DNA of 63,990 nucleotides, counting the filler, from Folioceros fuciformis (taxonomy: Eukaryota): assembly GCA_049999805.1 (NCBI GenBank). It is 11 parts of 11 records of this genome, joined end to end, with 100 filler letters (N's around TTAATTAATTAA, not from the genome) between each part and the next. Parts side by side here need not be neighbours in the genome. Positions count along the whole stretch, not along the records: positions 30,649 to 36,027 come from JBNGIO010004639.1; positions 36,128 to 45,121 come from JBNGIO010004640.1; positions 45,222 to 50,449 come from JBNGIO010004641.1; 8 more parts are not named here. One strand, written 5' to 3'. The translations under genes were made by a program, and so were the position numbers. Numbering within the stretch: position 1 is the first letter of the stretch; every line of letters begins with the position of its first letter. Of this stretch, positions 34,931 through 47,485 are shown one piece after another. A model generated the notes under the pieces. The model had not been told where the DNA came from, did no database searches, and saw nothing but the letters and a program-made list of their open reading frames with translations.

Positions 34931-37900
34931 CCTACATTCTTACTATATGATAAACCATCATTTACATCAATTTACCATCATATCTTCCTCCTTTGGATGC
35001 CTTGATCAAAGAATGCGAAGAAGCCTATTCACTCAAAGATCTTCACAATCAACAACAAAGAATCCTAGTAGGTCAAAGAACATATTGCAGCTAAGGAAGA
35101 TCTCCAAACTCCATAAGAAATCACGAACAGACAACAAGACATATGTGAGAAAACTCTCGAGCAGCCACAATAGTCCAAGTGGAAAAAAAAGACAAGGCAA
35201 ACAAACATCACGTGCATCTAATCCACACAAAAGCAAAAAAAAAAAAAAAAAACAAATTTTAGAGAAACATTATTCATTATTTGCACCATCTAAGGGAAGA
35301 GGCTAGCTTTTCCTCTCCCTGTCTCTATCTCTCTTTGTTTTTAATAGTTTTCAACAATATCAATAAAGTTGTTTTCATATTCCTCTCCAGAAGTAGCATG
35401 TTATCAAGAACAAAACATATTAATACTTGACACTTGTTTCTTAGCCGTACTATTGGACCTCTTCCGAGATGTCGAATGTGATGCTTAGTCTACTCTGTGT
35501 CCGCCGTTGTCTCCCGGGCATCGTGGCCACGTCGTGGTGTGAGACGTGATGCTTTGAAACCTGCTCATACGGTCGTCCATAGCCCTATATCTGGACAGCC
35601 TCCCCCTGCATTAGCTGCTCGTGGTAGCCGAAATGAGTCCTTCCCATTGCGTATCCGCCGATAGTCTCCACTGAATCCAAAATGCGTGTCTAGCCGACTA
35701 TGAACTCTTCGGCCCGTCTTTGGCTGTTGTTCAGGACTCCCGCCTCTCTTCTCCTGGGAGGTGCAGGACGAGAGAGGAGTGGAACTACGCAGCGCAGTGG
35801 AATCGTGGCAGCGCATGCAGCCACTACGACGTAGTGCCTGCAAGCACGTCCCATGCACGGCCGTGTGGAAAGGCAGGGCTGGTGGAAGCGCGCACCTTGG
35901 AAGGCATCACGGGATGCTTTAAATTTGTCTAGCATCGCAGCTCCCAATCCCCATGAAAACTGTCGCAAACCGCAAACATACAGAAGTCTGAAACATCTCG
36001 CTCCAGTAACATTAAATCAAGTTCTATNNNNNNNNNNNNNNNNNNNNNNNNNNNNNNNNNNNNNNNNNNNNTTAATTAATTAANNNNNNNNNNNNNNNNN
36101 NNNNNNNNNNNNNNNNNNNNNNNNNNNAGCCTGGAGCAGCCCTTGGCCTTGATGTGGTAGCCCGCGGAGGTGCTCTTGGCGGACCATGGCGAGCTCCTGC
36201 TCCCGGACCGCTTCGGCAAACCTGCTTCAATCAGTCCCCAGCTCCCGATTCTGTCTCGGGGTCGGGGTCGGGGCCGGAGCCGGACCGGACTCCCGGAGCC
36301 CCATCTGGAAGCGTGGCCCGGCGACGACAATCCCGCAAGGTTGATCTCGCCGAATTCCCCTACCTGCTGCCGCCCCCGTCCCGCATCAAGGTTGATCCCG
36401 ACGCCGCAGGGTGCCCCAGACCACGGGAAGTCTGTCATCGGAACTAGCGCGATCCGGCCGCCGAAGGTTCCCGCTCCCCTCTCCTTCGGAAGAGCCTTCA
36501 CAAACACCAAGGCGCCGTGCAAAGCTCGGTTACAAGAGCTTGGGCTGGTAGCAGCCTGAGGGTTGGCTTCGCAACAAAGGGGCCCTGCTTCCTGTGCCTG
36601 TGCTCGGAAACATCCGCATCGGAACAAACGCAAGCCCGTCGTTTATGTACGGTCCCCACAACGTCGTCCTTGGGCAGCAGGCCCTGGCAAGCTACGCTCA
36701 GCTTCCCCCGGCTTATGGTGAGAGTCGTTCACTCTCCGACTCTCCCCCTCCAACAGGGCCCTCATAAAAGCCCTCTGCATACGCTAAGTTGGCATCCAAA
36801 ACCTCTCACGGATAAGCTCTGGTTTAAGCGTTATCCTGTGTTTTGCTCCCGCAAATTCGATCGCCCATTTCGTCAAGTCTCATCATCAAAGAAATGAGCG
36901 TGAAATCCAAACCCTAACTGCCCTATCCCGCTCCTAGGAATGAATGTAGGGGACGCTTTACGCTTACAGTTTCTTGAAGCTAGGGTTAGTTAACCCGTGT
37001 GGGAATGGGAATGGGAATGGGCGTATCACAGAGCACGCGATTAGTCCCATTAGGGCAACATGTGTTGTGTTGTACATACAGGGTCCGAGAGTACGGTGAG
37101 AGGGTGCCCAAATAATGGGGCCAGGGCCAGGGCCCAGGGCGAGGACGGGGACGAGGGAGAGACGAGAGGTCCCATGGTGACATGTGGAGGCGTGACAAGT
37201 GTTAAGCTGTGAGGCAGCAGGCGGCTTCGGGCAGTGCGCGACAGGTCACGCACAAATGACGGCGGCTGGCAGCTAGGGCTCTCCGTTTTGCTTCCAGTCC
37301 CGATCGTCTTTCCACAACTGCTTCTTCTGAAGGACCACATGATTCGTGCACGTCTCTGGAGGCTGGACGGGCGGTTGGCCCGAAGGACGGGGGCCTGGCA
37401 TGGTCTGGCCCGGCCGGGCCGGGCCTGGCTTCAGGGCGTCTTGGTGGGCGGAGGTGGGGGACAACAATTCGAATATGCCCGTGCGAAGGAGAGTCGTGAC
37501 GAGCCGGGCTTGGGGACTGATGAGGAGTCCTTCCATGGCCTTTGTGACATGCTGCCTTTCACCTTTCCGTTCATCGTGCATTCCTGGGGAAGGATCGGAG
37601 TTAGGTCCGTAAAGTGACCGGTCAGGCGGCTACTGCAAATGGATAGACCTGGATAAAATGCTGGATTCAGATTCTGTGCTCTCCCCTTCCTCCTTGGGGG
37701 CACAGTCCTGGCTGCCGTGTTGTAACCTGCTGCTCCTTCGGAGCAGTACCGGCCCGGCCCCGCCAGGACTCTAGAGTCCTTGCACCGAAAGGGCGCGAGG
37801 TACGCGGCGAGAATGCTTGTACTGCAGGAATGCTTTTGGCCTCGGCTGGGAAGGAGGAGGAAGGAAGCAGCCTGAAAGTTGGGAGCAGAGTGGGGCATGG

Positions 37901-40869
37901 GCCATGCCCGGAGCGCTTCAGCGCAAAGTCTCACCCCTCGGTAGGCAATGCGAGGAATTTGGGATTCGCATCTGCAACCACGGCTGTCCTGTTGCTGCTC
38001 TAGATTCCGGGGGCAGGCCCAGGAAAGCGCAAGCACGCACCTGATTTGGGCATTGTGTGGAGCATTAATTCGTTTGTGTGTGTTGAAGGTCAGAAACCTA
38101 CATGTGTGTCTGTGGAGAAAGCTGCTCTAAGGAGAAAAGCTGCATTCGCTGGGAGAAAGGGAGAAGGGCACGTCGACACAAGGGCTCCTCCAATCATCGC
38201 AGGATTGTGTGGTCTGCACAGTAAACGGTACAGGAGCTGGTTCTTCATGGCACCCAACATGTCCTCCCGTCAGCAAGTGTGTCAGACAGCAGGCCATGGC
38301 GCACAGTACATACATGTGGAGCCCATCGGCGAGGCCGAGTCCGCGGCACAGGGGACATTATTGCTGGGCTGCTTGGCATTCTTCTCCCGTCACCCGTCAT
38401 GTGACGACTCGCTGGCCACCTCCTCCCAGTGCTCCCTGCTCGGTGCTTGGCGCTGGCTTCATCACTCTCTCTGCCTCACCGCCCACTGAGGATCTGCACA
38501 GTGTGCACACATGACCTTGCAGAAGTGATCACTTATTATTTAACTCGTTCGCTTTCGGGTACAGCACGGAAGTCTGAAGTCGGTCAGTACTCAACCATGT
38601 CAGGACCAGCTGCCTTCCCTCTCACAGCACACGCAGGCTGGGTACATGTGTACAGGCCACAGAAGTTTTTGTCCACACATACACGCATTTGAAGACCCTG
38701 TGCGTCATTAAGGTCAAGGGGAAAGAACCGTAGGAAAGCTCATCACAGGGCTGTGCTGTACACTATTGCTCCAAGGGCAAGGCCTGTGTCGTTTACCGAG
38801 AAACACGCTCCCAGCATCTCAGCTTCCTGGCTTTTCTAAGATGCCTGTGCACAAGAGGCCGAGTAAGCATCCCATCGATCCAACCCCTGTTTCTGTTTCA
38901 AGTCAGGAAAATACACACTTCATTTCCAACATGAGATCCACGCAATCCCATGGTTGCCATCTTCATGGGAAGGACTCAACAAGGTATTAACCACGGTCAC
39001 CTAAGTGGACATCAGATTTGGAATAGTAGCCACGAACCTTTGACATCAACCTCGGCACACATGAGGTTTTAGCACAAGGCCTCTACACATTTGCTAGCTA
39101 CGAAATTTTCCATCATGTCTCTTGCTAGCTATGAAGCTTTTCTTTTTCTTTCTTTCCACGTGGATAGAAGCATACAAGCAAATTATTATCCTTGAAGCAA
39201 AATCATATAAAATACTAGCTAACCTCAATTTAAAGATTCTAACATTCTAACTACATTAAGCAGATTATTTTCTTAATTTTGTGAGCTAAGTCTTATCACC
39301 AATAATCACATAACTTACTCAACTATATATTAACTTCTAATACAAGTTTTTACATGATATGTCCTTCCGCTTGCATGTGTAGGAGACTATTATAAGCAAA
39401 ACACCCGTTCGGACAAACATTTTGTTAAAAGTAAAAATACATCAATCTCAATCTTATTTTGTTAGAACACTAAGAAGCATTAAAAACATGTGGTTGGAAG
39501 ACTACATCAAAATTTTAAGGGCCATGAAAACAACCTTTATGATAGTTAAATACATCTAGGATGGGCGTATGTGAAAACTCATTATAAAGAAAAGAAAGGA
39601 AAAAAAAAAAACCATGTTTAAGTGACTACCTTATAATACTATCATCCCTAACTTTATTTAGAACTCCTAATATACTCCCATATACTAGTAGTAGAGATTC
39701 AAAATAAGTGAACACTTTGGCATATAAATTTGTATGTAGAAGGTAGTCTTGCATTAGTTTTAACAATCATGAAAAAAAATTAGGAGGAAGAGATGAGGGA
39801 GAAGCTATATGACTCCAAACACCCTTAGGCTAGTTGTTTCCAAATAGGGCAAAGAGTCCATGATTATGGATGCTCTATCAATTCAAGTGGGAGCAAGGAG
39901 CCCATGCTTCATTCTCCACCCTAGATGCAAAAAAGAGAAGAGCCTATTCAAAAGGCTTCACCTTCTTGTGTGAGTTTTGTGGAATAACATTTATCATAAA
40001 GCACATTGTTTTCTAGTAGTGTAGAGGACCTAAGCTTAGATTATCAACCCTAAATCTAAAACCTATCAAGTGTAGACACACGAATTATGATACCCTCATG
40101 ATTCAAGGACAAAGGATGAGAAGTCCATGTCCCATTCTCCACACAAGACATAAACAGTAAAGAGTCCATATAGATACAAAATTTAATGCACGGGTTAGGA
40201 AGAAGGCACCAAAAAGGTGTAGCATTGTGAAGAATTTTGAACTCCATAGAATGTGGCACATATGCATGCAAGGAACTTGTGCACTAGGTAGTGCTGATTT
40301 AGAAGTAAGGGTTTAGGGTTCCAAAATTGGTTTTTCCATGCATGGCAGATGCCCTTGGGTTGAACATATATTCTTGGATATTATTTGTTGCACTTGTTTT
40401 GTTTTATTTTTGTTGAATACATTTTTTACTTGAATATTAACAGACAATGGATATTGATTATCTGACTGGGGCTTCGTGTTCGCGGGCAAGCAGGGGTCCC
40501 AAATGGCCACTGTGCAGACGAGGAAGGTAAGCAGGCTTCGCAGACCGGTAAGAAACCTGCGGGCCCGTTGAAGGTGTGTCGTTAGCGCTGCCTCATTCTC
40601 CGCATGCTGTCTCCCAGTCTCGTGTTAGATGGCTTGCGGCTGCCTCTGGGTTTGCATGCCGAGAGGGACATTGGTGGAATGCGATCGCTGGGATGTGTTG
40701 GTCTTGGAGAAAGCGGGAAAGTTCAGCACGCGGGATGGAATCACTGGCGCCTCTGGCTCGTGGCGAGCAGTCGCTTGAGCGTATGAGGCGCTGCGGAGGG
40801 AGGTTGCCAGCGCCTGTTGCTGTGAGGGAATGAGGATGGACCGAAAGCACGGACGCGTGGGATGGGCGA

Positions 40870-41480
40870 GAAAAAAGCTGGCTTGAACTTGTTGTTCGAC
40901 CACAGCACCTCACTGGATCGTAAGGCCGGAAGTCAGTCGTCCCACCATGAGGTAGGGTCCAGAAAAAAATGGTTGCCACCAGTGCTCATGCTCCTGGCGA
41001 TAAGCGTGGTCTGGAACCCCGTCGCCACCCAGACATTTTCCGGGACATGGAACTGCTGGGCTCTCTGCACTGCTGCGCCTGGAGCGCGTTACCGATTCTA
41101 CACGTCTCCCAGGTTTAGGTAGGAGTATTTCGAGCGCTCGAGTTGGATGGAGAGGGGTCGTGATCCTTGCTAGTATTCAAGGAAACGAGCTTCGCAACAC
41201 CCTAATCGAGGTCAAATATGTGCTTCGGCCAAAGTACTCGCCGGACCCCTTACGCCGGAAGACGAGGGAATGGTGGGTCTTCCCACCTGGTTTGTTGTCC
41301 CACGACAAGGTTGGGTGCAGAAAAAACTGTTGCCACTAGTGCTCCTGCGTTTGGCAACGACTGGCATCGGTGGGAACGCTGTCCCTACTCGCACACGTTC
41401 AAGGAAGTGAACGTGCTGGGACTCAGATTCTTGACAATGCGGCGCTTGGAGGCCTTGTTTGCCACGAGTTGGCTCCTAAG
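40870..41480 (-). pseudogene. Two tandem degraded copies of the PDF-motif N-terminal module of the KP-PPR genes
   Basis: Copy 1 (about 40870-41090): QEHEHWWQPFF/LDPTSWWD..(P)DFR..EVLWSNNKFKPA. Copy 2 (about 41230-41480): QEH*WQQFFLHPTLSWDN..FRRKGSGE, sharing TCGCCGGACCCCTTACGCCGGAA with 9025-9047. Confidence 0.8.
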
Positions 41481-42049
41481 ACGACCTGAGCGTTGCCTTA
41501 CTGTGGCCATCGTACAGGGACCGCTGCCGGAAGATCGAGTCCAACAACAGACTAGGCTAAGATGGCCAGATATTGTACATTGCCACACCATGCGGGTCAC
41601 CACGGATGCTGGAGTCTGAGCAATGTGTGAGTATCTGCACTCTTGTGGCTTTTCTTTGGACGAGGCAGAGTGGCAGCGCAAGACGGCGGTGCCTTCGTAT
41701 TTGAAGCGTGGAGTAGAGTATGCTAGGTGATGAGGGAGAGCTCCAGCAGGCCTTTCATGCTATGACTACACGAAACATCGCGACAGCTAGCATTGGCTCG
41801 AATATGTCTGTCGTATGGTCTCCTGGATGGGGATTTTGCAAAGAGGAATCTGGTTCTTTGGCAAGCGAGTTCTTGGTCTCGCTGTAAGCACTGGGCATGA
41901 ATTAAGTATGTCTCTGGCGAATCGCATCTTACCCCTGTAAGGCTTCCACGGGGATCTCGTGGTGGCCGAGTTTCCATGAAACTCCCTTAACCAAATGCAT
42001 TCTATTCGACGTTAATCGTCTTAGCGCCTGCGGAAAACGGGCATCCGAA

Positions 42050-42390
42050 GCAGGCATTGACATCGTATCACACTCGGAGAGGGGAGTGGCGCCTGACTCT
42101 CAAACCTTTACTTGTCTCCTGGCGGCTAGTTCATGTAGGCCTGGTAGAGGAGGCTCGGGAGTATTCAAGGAGACGGTGGACTTCATGGAGTCACACCAAT
42201 AGGAGAGCAGTGCACTTGCATGGTGCATGTTCTCAGCTGATCAGGCAAACTAGAAGAGGCAAAAACCATGTTGCAGGGCTTTCCTGAGTGCATGCAATGT
42301 GGATGGCAAACATTGAGATGGGAAGGCGCTGCTTTGAACTCATATTCCAGATTGAACCCAAAGACCCAGCTGCCTTTTCTTCGATGCAGT
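42050..42390 (+). pseudogene. Decayed PPR L2-S2-E1 remnant
   Basis: Frameshifted FTCLLAA..HVGLVEEAREY, HGVTPIGEQCTCMV..SGKLEEA, NIEMGRRCFELIFQIEPKDPAA. Confidence 0.7.
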
Positions 42391-45300
42391 TCAGGCACGG
42401 TCAGGTCTTCTTGTGTGCAAGCAAGAACTTGTGTCTTCAAGGCTGCATCTCCCGCTGTGAGCAAGCTGTGCAATTTGGAGCCAACGGATGGCGTCTTCTC
42501 GGTTGGCCGGACTCAGAGGGGAACGTTTTCCAGCTGTTGGCGCCACGCTGGGGGAAGTACGGGCAGGTGTAGCAAAATCACACTCGTCGCCGTCTCTCTT
42601 CGATGATTTCTCAAGTTGGAAACTTTAGCTGAACTTGTAGTGTGACCTGCAGATTTGGAACGCAACTCGTTGCACGAAAGTGAGTACTATGGCTGGGCAT
42701 CATACCAGGGTTGCGATATTGGCATGCAGCACAAACATCTTGTCGTTGGGGAGTTGAGACCGGAGTACCTTTCAGAGGAATGTGCGGGTGCAAGAAGACC
42801 CTGCTAGTAGGCATGCCAGCCACTCTTCTGAGGTAGGTGCCCCTCTCTTCCTCTCTGTTTTAAGTCCATGGCTTGCCTCGCAAGAGTCCTGTTGTACGTG
42901 ACCCGTCGAAAAGAAACGAACCAAAATCTAGGGCTGCACTTTTGAAGCAGGTTGTTGCATATACACTCACAGCTGCAAGTCCATGTTATGCAAGTCCGTG
43001 GCTTTCATGAAATGTTCTTACGATGGCCGTGAATTATATGCAATCTACACAGCTTGTGACGAAAGTCTGTGATCATGCAACAACCGTGAACCTTAAAAGC
43101 TATTGCCTGGTCACCTCGCCAGCAAGGGGTCTTGGCATCTGGTAGCGGTAGGGCAGGTTTGCGACGTTGTACCATACCTTTGTTGTGTTGATCAGGTGAT
43201 ATTTCTACTGCTTGCATGGTCTTTCTCCACATGTGTCAACTGGTTGGACTGTTGCCTGATCTGTCACCTCGATCAGGGTTCTGGAAGAAGCTCTATCATC
43301 TGGAACAGCAGATCGAGTCAGGCGTCCCTACGAACTGAAGCAAACTATGGAAGCTAGATTGTTCATACTGACTACTACATCCAGTAGGCGTGCGTCAGTT
43401 TGTGAACTTCCGAAGCATGTGAGGTGCCTCGGAGCTTACGTCAGCCGAGGCTATGCGGAGCACGGAGTAGGCCCCTTACTTTCAAGGCCAGACTTGTCAG
43501 AAGCTTCGTTCGGTTGGTCATGATTTATTTTTCGGGTAATTCGTTACTAGGATTTCTCAACCCGTTTGGTGAAAAGAGCAGAAGTCTTGTGTCTCCGCTT
43601 CGTTGCCTTTGTCTGTTAGATCAGTTCAAAAGTCATTCTCGTGCATGGCTCGATTTTCATAGTTTTCTTTCCTCTCCTTCCTGTAGCAGCAAAATCGGAC
43701 AGCCAGATGCTGACGTGCCTGCTTTTTTGGTTGGAGATCTGATGGTGTCTCGTGAGGAAAGGCAAGTTGCTTTCCAGTTTGCTGATGGAACCTTTATTGT
43801 GGAGGTAGACAGTCAAGGCAATCCTTGTGGTGCATAGAGGAAGAAGGAATGCGGAACGTTTTTGTCTGGAATGTTCGACCTCGTATCCCTTTCCAGTCGC
43901 TGACTTTTTGGTAAATTCACAAGTACTAGAACTCTTGATATCAGAGATCGTTCTCTGGGTGGATAGATCTTTCTCTGGCGTGGGCCAGGCACGCTCCCTA
44001 CGAACTAAGAAATGGGACGTCCTCCGACACAGTCTCCTAGCAAGACTGGAGAGTGGTGAAGAAATCTAAGGCTCAGCAACTCTTTCATTGAGAATGAAAC
44101 GAACAAGCCCCGGGGCTCAAAAACCTAGCCGAGCGACCTTGGAGAAAGGCTCTCGTAGGTTTCAAGCCTTGCCGTTACAGTCAAAAGTCAGAGACTTCAT
44201 AAGAATTGGATCTCAAAATTCGGTCTAACGCCTGAGACAGGACATTTCTGATAGGTCGAAACTCAAAACTATCTCACGGTGGAGAAGCGCACAAGTGCAG
44301 ACATACTGTCAATTCATTCATTCCCTCACTCACCTGGTTGAAGTTAACTGCTGCTCCTCCGCCCCGCCCATAACTTCAATCTTGGTGGCGTCTGGTGGGC
44401 AACGTTCACTCCAGATCGTCCTCAATCCTTCAGGCCTCAGACACGCAGCTTTCTGACGGCCTCCATCTAGTGCTTGTTCCAGCACTTCAATATATATGTG
44501 GCTGCGAGACAACGGGAGCGCGTGTTGGCGTTCCATCGTCCGTACCTACGGATGGGCTTCCATCCTTTCTCTAATGCACATATGCAACCCTGAATGTACA
44601 GTACGTAGCTGCTTGCCAGGTGTGGGTCACGCGACGTACGGGCTGGGCCACATCGGCTAGGTCGCTAGGGTCCTCATGCAATGATGCAGCTCGTACCTTT
44701 CTTTCGAATTTGGAATAGAGAGCCCGGCATCCAGCCGTGCCCTCAAGTCATCATGTGCAGGTGGCGTGCCATGTGAAGCTCGCTGGTGGGGAAGGATCCA
44801 TCCCGGAAACACCCGAAACACCCTATCCCATGAGATAGGCTGCCACACTGGCCAAGCGCCCGACTAATGATGAGTGAGGCCGTCTGGAATGCCTGCGTCT
44901 AAATCTCCGAAGCAATAAATGCATCGGACGGTCTGACATCCTATGTGGCATGGCATGCACCATGTCCTGTCACTGTCTCTCTCTATCATCACGTATAGCC
45001 CGCTTGTATACAACCTAGGTTTCGCCCTAAATAAATGGTGGCATAACTTTGAGTATAACCGCTTGGTGGGTTGAACCGTGCGGTGTCTACAACCATGTGC
45101 AGGTCACCAACTGCATTGAAANNNNNNNNNNNNNNNNNNNNNNNNNNNNNNNNNNNNNNNNNNNNTTAATTAATTAANNNNNNNNNNNNNNNNNNNNNNN
45201 NNNNNNNNNNNNNNNNNNNNNTCGCAGCCCGTCTGGGCCATTGCTTTTCACCATACTCTATGCCTTTTTCTCTCGACTCCACGAGACGCCGGAGCAGCAG

Positions 45301-46118
45301 GGGAGTGTGAAGCGAACGAGCCATGCGAGTGAAGCCCGTCTCCGCCAGATTCTGCCCCTCTCCTCCCACTGTCCTATTCTGTCTTTCTTATTGCCAGCGC
45401 AGCCCGGCGTCCCTTCCCATCATTCCTGTCAACACTTCAACAACAACAACAACTCGAAGCTCCTCGCCAGCTGCGGAGCCATGGACGGAGAAGGCGTACA
45501 AAAATGCGCAAAGAGATCTCGCCTTATTCTTTTATTTGATTGGAATCGGAATCTGCTGGATCATTGTAGCTCTTATGTGGTCACCCGGATTATTCAAATG
45601 CTCATGTAGTGTAACGGACCGTACTGCTGGGGTCCCTCAAGAATGTTTGCTTCCTCGACGATAAGCTTCAAAGCTGGAAGTTACCGTATACAGCGAAGCT
45701 TCTATGGGTGTGAAACTGCAACTGGTCATGGATTATGTGTATGGAACAGGAGCTGTCATCTCTCAAATATGTGTTCTCTCTTGAAGGTTAGACAATTCAA
45801 AGTTGAGGTTAGACAATTCAAAGCAAGTAGAGTACGTATGCATGCAGGAACTAGCATGATCCTCACGTACTTACCTCACCTCACCTCACCTCACCTCACC
45901 TTAGGTTTGCTCTCTTACCACCATTGCTATGATTATTCAAAGTTGAGCTCCCACAATTCAAAGTAAGTAGAGTACATGGGACCACAATTCAAAGTGGAGG
46001 TTAGACAATTCAAAGCAAGTGAAGTACGTGAGACAATGGGTCCTAAGAGTACTCACACCACTCGAGAGCCCAGCGAGCTGCTCTCTCACCACCACCACCA
46101 CCACAAGACAACTGGCAC

Positions 46119-46305
46119 CACTGCATCACTACTACTGCTCTGCACATTGTACATCAATTGTTGCTCTGCACATTGTACATCANNNNNNNNNNGCTCTGCA
46201 CATTGTACATCAATTGTTGCTCTGCACATTGTACATCAACTACTACTCTGCACATTGTACGTCAACTACTACTCTGCACATTGTACATCAACTACTACTC
46301 TGCGC
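46119..46305. repeat. 26-bp minisatellite, about 7 copies, with a 10-N gap
   Basis: CTCTGCACATTGTACATCAACTACTA and variants. Confidence 0.9.
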
Positions 46306-46489
46306 ATTTACATCAGGGTTGGCATGACACCTACCTGTTGGTACTCGAGAAACGTAATGAACCCATGCACGTCTTTCTTGTTGCTTGTATGTGTGTACTT
46401 AGACTTCAGCACCCAATGGAATTGCTTAGACTATGGAGGCCAATGCCGGAACACACCAAAAGCATCGACTCACTCTCTCACTGCATAAA

Positions 46490-47485
46490 GTCTGCCAAGA
46501 AGGGATTGCTTGAAGTGGAGGCCACGGGAGTACACACTCACTGCACAGAGTCTGCCACGAAGGGATTGCTGTAAGTGGAGGTCGATGGAGTACACTATCA
46601 ACAAGGGATTGCCTTAAGTGGAGGCCGATGGAGTACACTGTCAACAAGGGATTGCCTTAAGTGGAGGTCGATGGAGTACACTGTCAACAAGGGATTGTCA
46701 ACAAGGGATTGCGTTAAGTGGATGGAGTACACTGTCAACAAGGGATTGACTTAAGTGGAGGCCGATGGAGTACACTGTCAACAAGGGATTGCGTTAANNN
46801 NNNNNNNTACACTGTCAACAAGGGATTGCGTTAAGTGGAGGCCGATGGAGTACATTGCCAACAAGGGATTGCGTTAAGTGGAGGTCGATGGAGTACACTG
46901 CCAACAAGGGATTGCGTTAAGTGGAGGGTGATGGAGTACACTGCCAACAAGGGATTGCGTTAAGTGGAGGGTGATGGAGTACATTGATAGCAAGGGATCG
47001 CTTAATGGACCCTACTACTGCACACTGCAAAGGGATTGCATTAAGTGGAGGCCGATGGAGTACACTGCCACCTAGGGATTGCTTTAAGAGGAGAACGATA
47101 GAGTACACTGCCAACAAGGGACCCCACTGCTGCACATTGCCTCCAAAGGACCCCACTGCTGCACATTGCCTCCAAGGGATTGCATCAAGTGGAGGTTGAT
47201 GGAGTACACTGCCACCAAGAGATTGCTTTCAGTGGAGATCGATAGAGTACACTGCCACCAAGGGGTTGCTTTAATGGACCCCACTACAACACACTACCAT
47301 CAAGGGAATGCTTAATAGACCCCACTATAGCACATTGCCACCAAAGGATTGCTTAATGGACCCCAATGTAGTACATTGTTACCAAGGGATTGCCTTAAGT
47401 GGAAGTTGAAAGAGTACAGTAGCACCAAGGGAATGCTTTAAGTAGAGGCCGATGCACTACACTGCCACCAAAGAAATGCTTTAAG
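46490..47485. repeat. About 43-bp satellite array, about 20 copies, two subtypes
   Basis: AAGGGATTGCGTTAAGTGGAGGCCGATGGAGTACACTGTCAAC, plus a variant with TTAATGGACCCCACT..GCACA. Confidence 0.92.

Noticed and set aside
35565-38700. GC-rich ORFs as identifiable genes
   Set aside because: No recognisable domains; may be 5' gene ends or promoters cut by contig breaks.
39720-40270. Second decayed CRE-like fragment
   Set aside because: Only faint motif resemblance (SCVENGTW); not supportable without an alignment.
46490-47485. CRISPR-like array
   Set aside because: Whole units repeat with no unique spacers, there are no cas genes, and the context is eukaryotic. The same applies to 34540-34905 and 2036-2181.
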